A DNA stretch of 64,000 nt, taken from contig NC_087436.1 in the NCBI RefSeq assembly GCF_036321535.1, forward strand, positions 20,648,001 through 20,712,000, in the 5' to 3' direction. Within the stretch, counting starts at the first letter, position 1, and each line of letters opens with the position of its first letter. A program made the translations under genes and the position numbers. The notes under the pieces were generated by a model. The model did no database searches. It was not told the origin of the DNA and was given only the letters and a program-made list of their open reading frames with translations. Below are positions 51,450-64,000 of this stretch, in pieces. The DNA is from Camelus dromedarius. Taxonomy: Eukaryota.

Positions 51450-51807
51450 GACCTTATCTTGGCATTTCTAGTGTCTTAGAAAGTATCTCATCTATGCCAG
51501 TGGAAGCCTTATCATAAAAGGTAACATGTATTGAGCTCTTACTTTATACCAGAGACCATGCTAAGTAATTTGCAAGCATTATATTGTTTAAACTGTATAC
51601 CTTTATAAAGCTTAATACTATTTTATTATTGACCTTATCTTGGCATTTCTAGTGTCTTAGAAAGTATCTCATCTATGCCAGTGGAAGCCTTATCATAAAA
51701 GGTAACATGTATTGAGCTCTTTATACCAGAGACCATGCTAAGTAATTTGCAAGCATTATATTGTTTAAACTGTATACCTTTATAAAGCTTAATACTATTT
51801 TATTATT
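51450..51807 (+). repeat. Tandem duplication: 181-bp unit (51450-51630) and 177-bp copy (51631-51807)
   Basis: Copies read identical except for one 4-bp indel. Confidence 0.93.
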
Positions 51808-54800
51808 ATCTTTATTTTCTGGATTAGAGACATAGATGCATGGAAGATTTGAGTAACCTGCCCAAAATGTACAACCGGAAGTCACAAAGTAAAGATCATC
51901 TGATTGGAGGAAAAATAACGTCAACAATACTGTTCCACCGCCGCCCTCCAAATAGTTCCGAAAGGAAGACATGAACAAACACAAAACTGATTGTATTCCC
52001 TCATCAGCACCCATTGTTCATGGACTGAGGCAGTATTGAAACAGTCTTGCTTAAGTTTACAAAGCTCTGCAGGAGAATAAAATGAAGCTTATACATCAGT
52101 TATTTTAACACAACGGTTAATTTAGGCTTTAGGGCCATTGATAAACCGACTATCTGGAAAATAAAAATCCTGGCTTGTGTACATTTCCGCGGTGTAAATA
52201 CTCTCACCATGGCCGATTTCAAACTGGCAACTTAATATCTCTGACTTCGGTGTGAGAAGGAGGAGCACAGTTAGCGCTGGCAAACCCCGGACCACCACTG
52301 CGAAGCATTTCTACTCTCCTTCACACCTCTTTTATCACACCTCCCTCCCGCAGTGTGGCGCTCTTATCTTTTCTCTCTTGCTTTACAATTCTATCAGACC
52401 TGTTCCTTTCAATGTAAAGCACCCAAATCTTTTTGTGAATTAGACAGGGGTTCAAAATAATTAAATAAATCATTAATTAAAGAGAGGAAAGAGTTTTTTT
52501 TTTTTTTAAACTGGATTTTAGATGAAACAATACATGAAAACTAGTATACCACCAAAAAACAGAGTAGCACACTCAACAATCCTTTCGAGGCGTTTACCTG
52601 GTTATTTAATGTGATAGAGGCAAATGAAAACTCCTCGGTAAATATTTTTTCTCCCTCTAATAAAGCCCCTCAGATAATCAAAGAAGACAACGAATGTAAA
52701 ACCACTTTGTAAATTCCAACGTGCCATGTGAATGGAAGACATAGCTACTACAATGGACAGAGAGGCAAGAGCCAGCCTCAAATCTATCTGATCCATAAAA
52801 TAGTAAGATTTGGGAAGGGAATGTGATTTTTGAAGTAGAGAATGTGTAGCCCTACATTTGAATCAGATGAGGAATGCATTTAAATTAAGTAGAGGAAGTA
52901 TTATCTTGCCTGCTACCATCCGAAGAACTTTTGGACTTCAGAAAATTGCAGGCATGGAAAGGCACATTTATACTTATATTTAGCACCAGGCTTACCACAT
53001 AGTTTTGATAAAGATCTGTCTATATCTTTTCAGCAGATTTAGATGGTATGTGTTACCAGTGGCTCCTTAATGAATGATTTCCAAGACGGGGTAATCTGAG
53101 TTTTTATTCCAGGATTGAAACATACATATTTAGCCACTGCAGAAATCTTTTTCTTTTTTAGTTAAAAAATATATGTATTTAGAGTTCATAGGCTCTAAAG
53201 TTAAACTAATTTCTTTAGTAAACAAATAAAAGGAAAGGGAGAAACAAATTCACCCAACATTTCTGTGATCTCCAATAATACTGATGACAAATCACAATAT
53301 TTCCTTCCCACAAAAAACAAACTTTATGTGAAAACACACTTCCAAGATTTGTGATAGAAAAATACGCAACTTTGATATTGCCAAACAGCTGTGAAAATTA
53401 CCTCAGAGCAATATGGACTGATATAACAGATACTTATATTAATTTTAAAAAGACACTGAGTTTAGAGTCAAATTTGAATATCCAGTTATGAACTAAGCAA
53501 AAATATAAGATTATCCAGAACATGTGAGAGTATATACATTCATTAAAAAAAATGCATATCCCCAAAGACTTGATGACACTGCAGAATAAAGTAAATATTT
53601 GTTTATGTTTAGGGGATTTCAGTTTTCCATTCTCTCACTCTCTCAAGGATTTCCTTAGGATCATTCTTAAAGTATAAATATTTTTAAAAAATTGTTAGGT
53701 TGACAGATATTGGGCAAACCTTGTTAGGAAGCAACTGATTCCTTTGGAAGAAGGAAGACGATTTAGAAAGTACCTTAACACCTTCAAATTCCCAAAATGT
53801 ATTTTACTTAATGGGTAAGAAATGTCCCTCATTTGACTCGCAGTTTGGAAATCTCTTTCTTAGAATGACTTGGTCTATAATAAAGAAAAATAATTTTTCA
53901 TAGTTTATTAATAAAGGTCTAACAAAGTTAAGGACTATTAAGTTTTATAAGAATAAAAGTAAATTTTAAATAAAATTATTAGAAATATTAAATTTTCATA
54001 CTGAAACAAAAGAAAGAAAATGGCCTCATAAGATTTCATTTACCATCCTTAAAGCTAAAATCTTTGAGGCACTAAGTCTGACACTTTATTTAAAACATTA
54101 AGCCCAGGAATATAAAGAATGCTTCCCTGATATTTTCACCTGACTTGTACCTTTGTAGTTTGAAAAATCTTTTTTCTCCTGCTGGAAAATGGAAGATTCA
54201 AGGTCCTTTCAATGACAGAAAAAAATCACAATATTAAGGATTAATGCTTAACTCTAGCTAAGGGTAAAAACTGTCTTAAATGAATTTGACCTGTTACTTT
54301 TATAAAGTTTGTTTTTTATGATGTGTGGCTAATATGGTGGTCATGCAGCTAAAAGCATTATCTTCACATCATTACATAGAAATATAACACTAGGATACTT
54401 GAGTTTTTTAGTCATGTTTCACTGCTCTATGCCATTATATATTTCCTATTGTTACTCTAAAGAAGAACTTAAACTGACTTATATGAGAACAAACATTAAA
54501 GAATTAAGTAAGATTATTGCCTTGAAGAGAAACCTTGAAAAAAATCCCAACTGTTTAGACCACCAAGGAACACTAATAAATTTAAGAAAATATGAGGTTT
54601 CCTCTCTGTGACTTCTCTTGAAAAGTTATGCAATAGATTGCTGCAACTTCAAGGTCATGTAAAAATTATGGTACTTTTGAAATTATTTTCTGAGTACAGT
54701 TTGTATGTGCATGATTTAGATGTCAATTAAACTTTGCCATTGACCAAGATCGCAAAACCAAATCTTTGAATCTCTGATATTTTCATGAATCACTACTTCA

Positions 54801-55899
54801 CAAAATGATCAGATGCAGAATGCTAGCAACACAGCAACACTAAAAAATGTTCAATCTAAATTTTCATTTTTACATTAAAAAATCATTCTTATTCCAAAAT
54901 GTCATTAGTTACAAATCAACATTGAGAAAACAAATGTTTGCTATGCCTCAGATATCCAAAGTAAGCAACTCTTTTTGAAATTTGATATAGTACGTATTTA
55001 TACTACTCTGAATAAAAGCAATTAATATATATTTCTGGGAAATGCATCTTTAATATTAAACTATGTGACAATTTAAAATATAAATTTCTTCAGTTTCATA
55101 TTTTCTGTAATCAGGAAAGCATGATATTATTGCATTAAGATAGAATAAGTGTGGGAACTATATATTATAGATATCTGAAAAAACCTGAAGTCCAGATTAA
55201 AGATGTGAAAGTAATTGTAAAATAGGATTTATCAAAAAAGACTAAGGGAGGGCTTGGATTTCTTAATTTCAAAAAAAAAAAAAAATCTGAGAGCACATAA
55301 CTTGCCTCAAATACATGAAGATTTGTTTTAAGGACAGTGTCTGTCTGTTCACCTTTTTCATAGAAGTTTCACCAGTAGGACAGTTTTCAGCGCAAAGGAA
55401 GCTCTGTTCCCTATAATTCTTAATATAATGGAAAGCATACTTTATGTATTTCTGGATAATATAATTTTGGATCAAAAGGCAGAATCTGTGGAAACTTCTG
55501 ATAATTAAATTGCCTAAGATTGTATTCTTAGTTAACTTTGGGAAGAGCCAAACAAGAACAGAGTTTTCTAATACGGTTATAATTCAACATTTGTAGCAAT
55601 GTGGACAAAACTGATGGAACGTTCATCGTCCCATTTTAATTCACAAAATCTCCAGGTAGAGATAAGTTCCTGGTTGTAAATCATAGGGCAAATGAGGTGT
55701 TTATAAAGGTTCCACTTTCTCGACTGCCAGCACCCACTTTCATCATCTATAACGTCGTCAGCATCTATCCTCCCTCACTGCACAGCTCCCGCCCTCAGAT
55801 TCCAGCATCCACTCCATCTTCAAGGGGTAAATATGGCGGGCCAGCTGCTCCCATGTCATGATGCATCACATTACTATTCATTTATGTCAAGAGGATGGG

Positions 55900-56100
55900 C
55901 TCAGGGATTTAGACTGCCTAGTTTTGCAACCTGGCTCCTCCACTTGCTAGCTTCTTGACATAAGAAAGTTACCTAGCTTCTCTTGTCCCAGTTGAACCAC
56001 CTTCAAAATAGGGACATTTCCTGTCTCATAAGTTGTTGGGAGGTAGTTAACAGAGTGCAGAGTGGGCCCCGACGCACGACTGATGCTCAGCAAAAGTTGG
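55900..56100 (+). mobile_element. MIR fragment
   Basis: agactgcctagttttgcaacctggctcctccacttgctagc...gttacctagcttctct; degenerate. Confidence 0.6.
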
Positions 56101-57142
56101 CCAGTTGCTCTATGCCATGGCTGGGCTACCATGGTCTAGTTGGGGATAGGAACTTTGGACAAGTAAGCCTTCAAACAAATACATAATTGCATTTTGGGAA
56201 AGCATATTGGGAAAATCTAATTTAGACCAGGGGGTCAGGGAAAGCCTCTCTGAAGATGGACATTCAAGCTGAGACTTCGGGGGCCAGACAATGAGAAGAG
56301 AGAAAAATCCAAGGAAAGAAACAGCAGCATCTCCCAGAGAGACACTTTATTAATATTGGGTATGATTCTTTGGGAGAAAAGAAATGCAACGGAAGAGTAT
56401 AAAGGTGCACCCAACTCTCCCATTCTTGCCCTGATTGTGGAGAGTTTTGGAGATCTGAGGGCACAAGGTCAGCACAGTGAAATAAATGTGGGTTTTAAAT
56501 TGGGAGCTGGATTTGAATCCGCTTTATGACTTATAGGCTATTTGACCTTGGGGAAGTAATTTAACACACTTGAACTTCAGGGTTTTTTTTTTTCTTTTTC
56601 CTATTGTAAATGAATTATAACTTCTACTTTGTAACATTTCTTTTTTAGTGAAAAATGCACAAAATAAAAATTTTTATTTACTTTTAGTTACTCACTAATC
56701 AGCCCTTGTCTTCCTCATGGTGGGGGGCAGAGGGATGGACCAGCAGTTCACGTAGGCGGTAGGCACGGGGGTGCCATCCGTCAGCGGGAGGAAGGATTGA
56801 GACTTTAGGGTTCTATCCAGGGACGAATAAGCATTTATTCATTCATCAATTATCCTAACAGAGCTATAACCTCAAACCAAACGCCACTTTTGAAATATAC
56901 CAGGCCAGCTCTAAAAGAAATGACAACTCAATTATCCTTTCTAAACACTCATAATTTTTCCATTTTGATAGGAAAATCTATTGTTTCTGTTTTGATGGTT
57001 TCAAGTGGAAAACAGTTGTCGCATAAAGTGTCTGATTTGTTTCTCATTTGATGGCATGTGTGACAAAGTGACTTCCAGGGTGAAGGCTCTGGAAGGGGCA
57101 TTGCTGATGGCATTTGGTTTTCTCATGTGTGGCATCTGCAGT

Positions 57143-57208
57143 AAAGCTGTACACCAGAAACTAATACAACATTGTAAATCAACTATACTTCAATAAAAAT
57201 AAATAAAA
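57143..57208 (+). mobile_element. Very short L1 3' terminus
   Basis: gctgtacaccagaaactaatacaacattgtaaatcaactatacttcaataaaaa. Confidence 0.8.
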
Positions 57209-58839
57209 TTGTTCTTTGATTTGTAGACTAATCCAAGCAGTAGTTTAGACAAAAATACAAGGTCATTATGTCCCATTACGAGTTTTAAGAAATTGTGTGC
57301 TTTGCTATTATGCTGTTTTTCATGACAAATGTGTAAAAGAGAACTGATGATAATTTAGTCGTCCTAGAATTACTTCCTAGGATTAATGTCACTAGAAAAC
57401 ATCAGGTAAAGCATTAAGGGATAACACTAGACAATTTGTTTTTCTTCATAACTAGTGGTCTAGAGCTTCAGAGCAAAAACACTAATAAAAGTCAGTCATC
57501 ATTATGATGTCACTCTCATAATTTCCTTAGAAATAAACCAGCAAGTACAAAAAATATTTATAATGTACGACATCATCTATGTGCCTTTCCATTGCTTAAA
57601 CTTTGGGTTATATTTAGTGAGGTTTCCTGTTTGTCATAAAGAACACCTTCTGGGTGAAATAAAATACATTAATAAAAGCCCCCTGAAGTCAAACTATCTT
57701 TGTGAATCGCACGTGTGCTGGCGAAGCTTAAACACTATGGACCGAGACGACTCTATGACCTAATCCAACAACTTGTAAAAAGATTTTTTTCATTTGTGTG
57801 ACCCAAGCTCTTTGGAAAGTATTGATCTGTCCCTGAAATGGTTTAAGTAGCTAAAAGCAGCTCCCAAATGACATCCCCCTACTGGTGTGGCATGGGCCCT
57901 AGAAGGCATTTATAACACACCAAACTTGTTGGAGAAATGAGTGCCCTGATGATATTTATAGTTAAAGTTTTTTGGTGCTCTTACTTTAAACCCATAAAAT
58001 GTCTACAGCCTTTTCCCACATCCAGTCTCCAAGTAATGATGACTTATGCAGAATAGGAGACAGGAAACTTGAGAAGTGTTGTCTGTATGAGAAACAATTC
58101 TCAGTTCTTCTATTCTTGCATATAACTTCTTAGATGATGCCCTTCCTCATTCATCCCATTCTGCAACTGTTTCATCTGGTGGAGTTAATTAATGTCTACC
58201 AGTTGACATATCTCTCTGACATTTAACATGCTCCCCAAGACATGTGTCTTTTGGACTACGAAGTGGACTTGGGAAAATAAAAGAACAAAAGAGCCTCAGG
58301 TTTCTTCAAATACATTAGAAGGGCCTAACGCTCCTCTATAAGTTCTAATATTTAGACTCCCCATTTGTTTTGGCAGAAAAATCAAACTCCCCATTCATCT
58401 AAGATAGAGAGAGCCTTATCTCATTCACAGGTGAGCCTTTTCCCCAAGACTTGCATGAATAATGCATTTTCACCTGTTGGCTGCTTGGGACTTCAAAAAA
58501 CAAAAACAAAAAAGACTCTCCAATTCTAAAGAAGGACATTTTGTCAACTGACATCAAACTGGGGCTCTTCCGGCAAGCCACTCTTAACTTCCTTTACAAT
58601 CACAAAGCTCCAGGCCAAGTCGGGCTTAGCTTCTCTTTCTGCTTAACAAGCTGTTTCAAGGTTGACCCATACTTGGGAACAGAGGCTGACGGGAGCAGAA
58701 ACATGATCTGAGTCTAGCTTTGTGTTAGTTTATTATGGAATGCTCACTGAAGACAGGATTGTTGGAGATCAGTGTTGATTCTGGAGCAAAAGGTCTTCAA
58801 ATATTCACAGGTTGGTTTTTGGATGGTTATTTCACAATT

Positions 58840-58970
58840 ACTAGAGTCAGACAGACGGGAATTTGAATCCTAGTTCTGTCAGTTACTAGATATACATCGT
58901 AGGAAGACTACTTAACTTTTCTGAACATGAGTTTTCTTATCTATAAAATAGGAATATTAATACCCAAATT
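58840..58970 (+). mobile_element. MIR fragment
   Basis: tagagtcagacagac...tttgaatcctagttctgtc...cttatctataaaataggaata. Confidence 0.7.
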
Positions 58971-60912
58971 ATAAGAATATTAATAGTCATACCCAGAATT
59001 AAGGGTGGGGGGTGTATCTTAAAAAGTCTCTGAAATACAGTAAAACTTCAAAACAGCGTATCTGCTTCCCTCTCCAGTTAAAAGGTATATGCAAATGAAG
59101 TGAAAGGTATCAAACTTAACTTTGATAATGCTGAAACGGCCTAGAGGTCAATAGCAGAAAGATTCCGAAAACTTATTAGGCACCTGAAGCACCTAAAGTG
59201 CTAACTAGACCAAATGACTTTCATGGCTTCGTGGTGGGGGGGAAATGATGTGATGGATTGTTCCAAGAACGAAAACACAGAAGCACCAGTTTAGTCTGGG
59301 GCGACCCCACATAGAAAGAAAGAATTGGTTGGCTTCCCCTTTACCATTAAGGCTCACTGATTCTTGAGCATCTCTAATACATTTTCTTGATTCCTACTTG
59401 TAGGAGATTAAAATACCGGCCAAGAGGTTGGAAGAAATTAAGCATTAAGTTTATACTAGTTTACAGTCAATGCATTAATGTCTACTCTAAACCAAAGTAC
59501 GTAGAAGACTGGTTGGAGAAGAGGTGGATTTGCCAGATACTACATTTAGTCCCTTGATTTGTTTGAGCAGCACCATCTGTGGGGTCATACTTTAAGTGAG
59601 TGGCAGCCCTTCCCCTCTACCACCAAAGCACCCTACTTTATATGCAAGCAATGTTTACTGCCATGTGGCTTTCCTGGGCAGGACACACGGATATTATTAG
59701 GATATCGAAGCAGTCATTGCATGGATGGCTGATGCCTAGACAGACAGACATAAGCAGGATTACCCACTACATCATTCAGTTGTAACCAATGAATGATAAG
59801 AGGACTGGCTGACTATCACAATACACGGAGTGACAAAGCTGTGGTCTATTACCAAAGAATAGACCACCCTTGCCCTGAAGGCTTGATCGTTTATTTCAAG
59901 CCAATCTGTCATGGAGCCTAAGAGATAAAGAGTGATGCCTTGAACAGGAACGATTTGGAAAGAAATCCAGGCTCAACATCTTTCTTTTCAGTGTTTCGGC
60001 TTTCATACGTATTCTGAGAAACCTTTTGTCCCTTTGACTGTTGAAGCCAGACTAAGGTCTTGTTGGGAAGATCCGACAGTCACACAAGCTCTTTGCTGAG
60101 TGCTGTGGCCTTAGAGGGAGCCAGCAAACAGCTCCAATTCTCGTTCCTTTGTCCCTCTCTTTCCATGCAGTCACTCACATCTTTAATAACATTTTAATAG
60201 TCTATACTAAGTCTATATCTTAAAGTGTAAGTTGTTATTAAAACTTTATTTCTAAGCACAATTTAATATGGATAAGGAAACAGCAAAAGCCCTCCTGATA
60301 ATTCCTTTCAGGATCATTTCCTAATTTCCTTTTGTTTTCAACATTTTAAAAACATCTTTAATCCTCCATTTCTTCTCCCATCTGAACTCCAATAGCATAT
60401 TTAATCCCAAGATACACTACTCTTTTGAAAGGTAATGACTTCATATACTCAGGATCACAAGATAACGAAATACTGTATTTTAACCAGCCCCTTTCCTTGA
60501 ATCACTCTTATGCTGTTTCTGCTGATTTTTCTTTTTTTTTTTTCTTTTTTGACTTTGCAACATTTCCCCCAAAGACTTCTTCTGACTAATTTCCTGGCTC
60601 TGCAGAAATTCCTTTTCTTTCAGCCTGGTGTCATAATAATACTTCTCAGAGCCTCCAGGGAGGATCCTGAACTTAATTATATTATGGCCACTGTAATTTG
60701 GTGGGTCAGCCACACTTACTTCCTTAACCAATTCATATGCTACTGAGGGCTAAACCAAGAGTAACCTCTCTTTATGCTTCAGCAACAAGCTGTTCCAAGA
60801 AAGCCGTTGTTTATAGTATTGAGAAACTGTTCCTCCAAGCCACATCCCAGTGTAATGTTCAGTTGGCAAAAAGAAGGTTGTATGTTGTTCAGCAGGGCAA
60901 TCGGCCTCATTC

Positions 60913-60921
60913 GACCACCCA
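60913..60921 (+). promoter_or_regulatory. Perfect GLI consensus site GACCACCCA
   Basis: Exact 9-mer match inside an intron of a known Hedgehog target gene; function not shown. Confidence 0.45.
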
Positions 60922-61902
60922 AGAGGGCAGCAAAAATAAGTCACCTAGTAAAGGTGGTCTTTTATACAAAGGTCAAACAGAACTTTACTGGAAACTTTGG
61001 GTGGACTGGAAAGTCCTGGCTTAATATAGTGAGCTGCATAATTTACCACGTGCTCAAATTTTACTGTATAAGTAAAGCTTATTGTAAGATCAATGCATGC
61101 TTAATTATGCTTTAAAAAAAAAACCAACACTGATTAAAAATGAGTAAAAATAAAACAAGATGGTTTGTGCAAGATCTTCCTTCCTAATCCTGGACACAAC
61201 TCTTCTTCCCCCCTTCTCTTTTTCCTCCTTCTTTTACTTGCCATTGTCTTTAGTGACAGCTACCTGCTTTCCTTGATGACTGAAAAGAGAAGATACTATG
61301 GAAGTGGGAGACAGAAAGGAGGCTCAGTCATCTGTTAATTTTATCAGGCACACATTACAAGTTCCTTGAAATTCTCTCAATTTTTCAAACAGTTTTTGTT
61401 CTTAATCATTTTGTTGCCATCCTTAAGGTCATTTTAATGTCTATTTTATGATAAACAGTTAATAATCAAACCTGGTATAATTAAGGAAATTTTATAATTT
61501 TAAAGTCAAAAAAGCTTCAGCCGACCTAGGTCCTAGTTTGCCAGACATAGTCCTGGCCTATGCTCTAATATAACTTTTCCTTTCACTCCCAAAGGTATCC
61601 CAGTTTGGAGGATAAATTAAGCAGCCACTCTTAATTTAATACCTACTTTAACAATTAAGCATGGGCAGAGGATGAAAATTTTTTAAATATACTTTTTGAT
61701 GAAAATATCAGTCTTGTACAGCCAATGGTGCCAAAGTCTGGCATGTGGGAAGATGGCATCAGGATGGTTCCTGTCCCTCAGGAGCTTTTGGTCCACGTGG
61801 AGGGGCAATGTCAGTGTAAGGGGGTTCGTGCTACAGTGCAGGATGTAACTCATGAAGAGTGTTCCTGGGCTATTCTGTGTAGTGCACAGGTGCAGTAATA
61901 TA

Positions 61903-62352
61903 CAGGCAGACTGCGGAGCTATTGTGGGTTCAGTTCCAGACCACTGCAATTAAGCGAACATCACAATAAAGCAAATTACATGAATTTTGGGGTTTCCCAG
62001 TGCATATAAAAGTTATGTTTACACTATCCTGTAGTCTATTAAGTGTGCAATAGCATTCTAAAACAACAACATATATACCTTAGCTTAAAAATATATTATT
62101 GCTAAAAATTGCTAACCATCATCTGAGCCTTCAGTAAGTTGTAGAAACATCAAAGATCACAGATTACCATAACAAACCTAATACTATGAAAAAGTTTGAA
62201 ACATTGCAAGAACTACCCAAATGTGACAGAGAAACAAGATGTGAGCAAATGCTGTTGGAAAAATGGCACCAAGAGGCTTGTTCCACGCGGGGTTGCTACA
62301 AACCTTCAATTTGTAAAAAATCTGCCAAATGCAATAAAATGAGGTCTGCCTA
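61903..62352 (+). mobile_element. Internally deleted Tigger1-derived element (~450 bp)
   Basis: TA target sites at 61901-02 and 62353-54; TIRs caggcagac.../...gtctgccta; both Tigger1 terminal segments present. Confidence 0.85.
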
Positions 62353-62803
62353 TAAGGGCAATGCTGCACCATTAAAGGCAGAAAGTAGCAGAATATCCAG
62401 AGAGTCAAAACGGCGGATTGGGAGTTGAGATATGTGTACAAGTCCCAGGTGTGTCAGTGACTAACGGAAACCCTACCTAAGTCATTGTGGTATAAAGTTA
62501 CAAAAACACAATCAAAAGCACCTAGGACACTTTCTCTTCACTGGTTCCAAATAGGGACTCTCAAAAATTGTTCTGTGTAATGATATCCTAAAAAATTCAA
62601 AGCTCTGGCAATATCAACCACAAACAAACTAGGATTCGAGATAAGGCTGAAATGTGCATTTAGAGAGTGCTAACTTTTTCAAGATATCCCTAATTTTGTT
62701 AAAATATCATTTGTAAATCACAGTCTAATGTCTTCAAAGATTTGAATCAATATAATTTCTAAGAGAGGAGTGCACTGAGAATAACTAATTGACCACTTAA
62801 ATC

Positions 62804-63019
62804 CAGGGTCAATCAGCTTTATTTCTAATGGGTCAGACTGTAAATATTTAAGACTTTGAGGGCCGTAGAGTCTCTCTGTGGCAAGTAGTCAAGTCCACTG
62901 TTGTAGCACAAAGGTAGCCACAGATAATCTGTAAAGAAACGGTGTGGCTATGTTCCCATAAAACTTTATTTATAAAAACAGGCAGTGGGCCAGATTCAGT
63001 CTGCAGTTTGCCAACCCTT
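62804..63019 (+). mobile_element. MER58A-like hAT-Charlie element
   Basis: gtaaatattta..actttgagggcc...tggctatgttcccataaaactttattta..aaaacaggc...gtttgccaaccc. Confidence 0.8.
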
Positions 63020-64000
63020 AATCTAAGTCATCACCACATAGCATGTCTTAAGTATACTTTACTCTGGCCCACAAGCTATATAAGATCCACATACATAGAA
63101 GCAGTTGGTATAATATATTACATGCTTCAAAGTTAATTACTTAACTATAATCTTAAATTCAATTTCCAAGAACCAACCATTGTAACCACAGTGATCTTTT
63201 GTTAATTCTTTAATTAGCGCCACAGTTTTTAAACCATGAATCAACTTTTATACTCAGAAATTCCTCATAAATATATCACTCATTATTCTTTATTTCTACT
63301 ATAAAAAGGGGGGATAAATAAAGTAAATAGCACTTGTTCTGGTCATTTATACTCTGGGAGGATTGAGATTAGGAAGATATTTTATCTCTGTTCCATCTGA
63401 TCCAAGTTTCTTCATTTTAAAGAGAGAATGAGGAACATAGGATTGCATTATCAATAGTCTAAGCAAATGAGTAAGATTTCAAAACTCTTGAACAAGACCA
63501 TAAAATCCTACAATCTGACAAAATCTGATTCTGGAAGTTACTATTTTAATGTGGGCCAGATTACAAAACCAGAGATTTGTTTTCAGTGCCTAAACTCTCT
63601 CAGGTTCTGCCTTTCTTTTTCTCTCTCTGCCTAAAACAATTTTTTCTTCTCTGAACCCAAAGATTCTCAAGCTTTCTCACCACCAAGATCTGTATCTGAG
63701 AAAGGAGCTGAAATTTGTTCCCGCTAAACTAAAAAGACGGGTAAGGAGAAGAGCCATTTTTCTCAGGGTTATCTGAATTCTAACAGAGGTCAAGATCGTC
63801 AAAATTTGATGGATAATCTTTAAAAATATGTTTCACACATCCTTGCTATTTTAAATACAAATTTATCTTTTTCTTAACGTCTTAGTGTTCACCTTTGAAA
63901 ACAAGATCTCCTCTGTATTTTGTTTTCACACGGGGAGATTTTTTTCCCGAAAAAAATTCTAATCATCAATAACATTGATGCTGCTGTTCCGTGTGTCTCC

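Larger units (their letters stand above)
42198..64000 (-). other. HHIP: HHIP intron 4 (partial; continues beyond the window)
   Basis: No sequence encoding upstream HHIP residues was seen; content is repeats and non-coding DNA. Confidence 0.85.

Noticed and set aside
62184..62441. ORFs in the Tigger element as a possible transposase
   Set aside because: The element is ~450 bp and internally deleted; the ORFs fall in the terminal non-coding part.
42198..64000. HHIP exon 4 or a nested gene in this interval
   Set aside because: No peptide matching upstream HHIP and no convincing ORF; consistent with one large intron.

Overview
Mammalian genomic DNA, AT-rich and repeat-laden, almost certainly camelid: it carries seven copies of a tRNA-Ala-derived Vic-1-type SINE. 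The window holds the 3' part of HHIP (Hedgehog-interacting protein) on the minus strand. Coding exons 5-13 lie at 42197->11781. All splice sites are GT-AG, the phases join into one 423-aa open frame (residues ~278-700, ending ...DLTSYIV*), and there is a probable long 3' UTR to ~4.85 kb. From 42198 to the window end is intron 4; exons 1-4 are outside the window. The rest is ordinary interspersed repeats (MIR, L2, L1 3' ends, MLT1/MER21 LTRs, MER/Tigger DNA elements). I found no prokaryote-style or clearly new biological system. The best leads are: a SINE insertion carrying ~110 nt of extra sequence inside its TSDs (3' transduction) just after exon 11, a near-perfect 181-bp tandem duplication, a GLI-motif cluster in intron 4, a weak GT(A)21 donor on the in-frame exon encoding the Hedgehog-binding loop, and AT->GC-skewed amino-acid changes. 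Exon boundaries were read base by base. Repeat boundaries are approximate, and repeat family names and human-protein comparisons come from memory, not from a search.
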